From Gemmatimonadota bacterium (GTDB lineage Bacteria; Gemmatimonadota; Gemmatimonadetes; Gemmatimonadales; GWC2-71-9): 38,251 nucleotides of DNA. A program made the position numbers and the translations under genes. The DNA lies in assembly GCA_039591485.1 (NCBI GenBank), contig JBDHDN010000003.1, forward strand, positions 1 to 38,251, written 5' to 3'. Positions within the stretch are counted from its first letter, which is position 1, and each line of letters opens with the position of its first letter. Below, piece after piece: positions 36,237 through 38,251 of this stretch. Below the pieces are notes generated by a model. That model was given only the letters and a program-made list of their open reading frames with translations. It was not told the origin of the DNA and searched no databases.

Positions 36237-37538
36237 TCACGCGGATGTCGGGAGATCCACTGCAATCGGCTCCAGACGCGGAACCAGCACGTGGATGAGC
36301 AGCAGCGCCGCGACGTACGCGAGCCCCAGCACGACGAAGATCGGGGCGTAGTTCCCCTGGGTGGCTTCCAGGATGGCGCCGGTCGCGCGCTGGAACAGGA
36401 AGGCTGCGATCATACCGGCGCACCCGCCGATCCCGATCACCGAGGCGACCGCGCGTCGCGGGAACATGTCACTCACGGTCGTGAAGAGATTGGCGGACCA
36501 TCCCTGATGTGCGGATGCTGCGACACTCACGAGCACGACGGCTGCCCACATGCTCGTGACACCTGGAGCAAGAATGGTCGGAACGACCAGCAGCGCCGAG
36601 AGCAGCATCGCCGCCTTCCTGCCGCCGTTGACGCTACATCCATGCTTGATCAGCGTACTCGAGAGCCAGCCACCCCCCACCGACCCGACATCGGCCGCCA
36701 CGTAGATCACGATCAGCGGCAATGCGAGACCGGCCAGCTGCACATTCCAGTTCTCGTCGAGAAACTTGGGAAGCCAGAACAGGTAGAACAACCACACCGG
36801 ATCCGTCATGGCCTTGCCGATGATGAAGGCCCATGCGGCTCGGTACCTCACCAAGTGACGCCAGGGGATTCGGACCGGTGGATCTGGCGGATCGCTGCGA
36901 ATGTGCGCCAACTCGGCCGGCGAGACCCTGTGGTGGCTCGACGGTTCGCGATACACCGCGAGCCAGACCGGCAACCAGACGAAACCGAGCGAGCCGGTAA
37001 TGATGAAGGCCCACCGCCACCCCAGGGTGAGAGTGATCCACGGAACCAGAATCGCGGCCGCCACGACCCCCACGTTGGTCCCCGCGTTGAAGATGCCGGT
37101 GGCCAGGGCACGTTCCTTCTTCGGAAACCACTCGGCCGTCGCCTTGACCGCCCCGGGAAAGTTCGCGGACTCGCCCACACCGAGGAGCCCACGCGCGATA
37201 GAGAATCCTGCTACCGTCCGGCAGAGGGCGTGCGCCATTGCCGCCAGGCTCCAGGCCGACACCGCGAGGGTGAAGCCACGACGGACACCGATACGGTCCA
37301 TCACACGTCCGGTGACCAGGAGCCCCACGCCGTAGGCAATACTGAACCAGGAGACGATGGCGCCGTAGTCGGACTCGCTCCAGCCCAGTTCACGGGTCAA
37401 GGTGGGCGCGAGGATGCCGATGACCTGACGATCCATGTAATTGACCGTGGTCACGCCGAACAGCAGCGCGACCACCGTCCACCGATAGCCGAATCCTGGG
37501 TGCGGCCGGGAGGAAACGCCGATATCGGCTGACGGCAC
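36237..37538 (-). CDS. MFS transporter, ExuT-like (hexuronate) family
   Basis: RWTVVALLF, NYMDRQ, GRVMDRIGVR, AEWFPKKERALATGIFNAG, DPVWLFYLFWLP and HQGWSAN. GTG 37538 overlaps the upstream TAG. Confidence 0.9.
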   Translation of the reverse strand: MPSADIGVSSRPHPGFGYRWTVVALLFGVTTVNYMDRQVIGILAPTLTRELGWSESDYGAIVSWFSIAYGVGLLVTGRVMDRIGVRRGFTLAVSAWSLAAMAHALCRTVAGFSIARGLLGVGESANFPGAVKATAEWFPKKERALATGIFNAGTNVGVVAAAILVPWITLTLGWRWAFIITGSLGFVWLPVWLAVYREPSSHHRVSPAELAHIRSDPPDPPVRIPWRHLVRYRAAWAFIIGKAMTDPVWLFYLFWLPKFLDENWNVQLAGLALPLIVIYVAADVGSVGGGWLSSTLIKHGCSVNGGRKAAMLLSALLVVPTILAPGVTSMWAAVVLVSVAASAHQGWSANLFTTVSDMFPRRAVASVIGIGGCAGMIAAFLFQRATGAILEATQGNYAPIFVVLGLAYVAALLLIHVLVPRLEPIAVDLPTSA

Positions 37539-38251
37539 TACGCAGGCGCCCCCTCGAGCCACGTCGCCTGCTGCTGCGCCTTCAATGCCAACTCGGTTGC
37601 GAGGAAACAATGCTCCTGGGACATGGCCGTCTCGGTACGACGCACGACGTCATCGACGATTTGCGGACCGTAGGGGAGCTCCATGTCGCGGCAGTCAAAG
37701 TGATTGATGCCCTCCTCGTCCACCAGGAAGAGATGCTCCGGACCGTCGCGTCCGCCGATGTCGATGTTCTTGCGCACCTCGAGAAACCCTTCCGTTCCTT
37801 CCACGATGATCCGCGTGTCTCCCCAAACGCCGAGTCCCTTGGGTGTGAACCAATCCAGCCTGACGTAGCCGGTCCCCCCATTCCCCCGGAGCAAGAACTC
37901 GCCGAAGTCCTGGAACCCCGGATGATCCCGATGCCGGTAGTTGGCGACCTGGGAGGAGACGACCTCTCCCCGCGAGGAGCCGGTGAAGAACAGGAACTGA
38001 TCGACCTGATGGGAACCGATGTCACAGATGATGCCGCCGTAGGCATCGGGATCCCAGAACCACTCGGGGCGCTCGGTCAAGCCGACCTGGTGGGGCCCCA
38101 ACCCGATCGAATGGATCACATCGCCGATCGCGCCCGCCTTGACCAGTTCTCCCGCCTTGACCGTGCCGGGACTCTCGAAGCGCTCGGAGTACATGATCGA
38201 GTAGATCTGCCGCGTCTCGGCCTGGATCCGGCGTACCTCCGCGAGCTGCTC
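37538..38251 (-). CDS. Gfo/Idh/MocA-family oxidoreductase, 5'-partial
   Basis: Frame open to the window edge; YSER, GAIGDV, GPH, GGIICDIGSHQVDQF and WFTP.GL..WGD.R. Confidence 0.88.
   Translation of the reverse strand, partial: EQLAEVRRIQAETRQIYSIMYSERFESPGTVKAGELVKAGAIGDVIHSIGLGPHQVGLTERPEWFWDPDAYGGIICDIGSHQVDQFLFFTGSSRGEVVSSQVANYRHRDHPGFQDFGEFLLRGNGGTGYVRLDWFTPKGLGVWGDTRIIVEGTEGFLEVRKNIDIGGRDGPEHLFLVDEEGINHFDCRDMELPYGPQIVDDVVRRTETAMSQEHCFLATELALKAQQQATWLEGAPA

Overview
GC-rich bacterial chromosome segment, most likely Gemmatimonadota (inferred from the 'MSD..L..AL.DRY.I.RE.G.GGMA.VYLA' Ser/Thr kinase N-termini and gene content). It holds about 30 genes, mostly envelope, hydrolase, transport and signalling functions: EEP phosphoesterase, esterase, pcm, spermidine-synthase-like membrane protein, fabH, PP2C, UPF0182, an Omp85 protein with a metallophosphoesterase partner, MscS, OPT transporter, ECF sigma operon, peptidases, ACP/ADP-forming acyl-CoA ligase/DUF4954, DUF2911, DUF3179, MFS and a Gfo/Idh/MocA oxidoreductase. 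The most striking structure is at 22.4-29.6 kb. An intact tRNA-Leu(TAG) at 29514-29596 is preceded by two displaced copies of its 5' portion (25526-25570 and 22365-22389). These delimit two tandem, integrase-less cassettes with repeat-to-repeat offsets of 3181 and 3988 bp. Each has a homologous ~175-bp right arm with a replacement tRNA promoter and 12-bp-period GGACCCGCA(T/C)CT repeats. Each also has a leftward-reading Ser/Thr kinase start near its right end: one full kinase-FGE-hydrolase gene, and one 46-codon kinase stub in front of an atypical oligopeptidase B and a broken sulfatase. A second highlight is the Omp85-type protein (8943-11522), whose N-terminal domain has atypical-kinase (PI4K/HipA/CotH-like) motifs and which is coupled to a phosphatase lipoprotein. 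All family assignments come from motif recognition by eye; no database searches were run.
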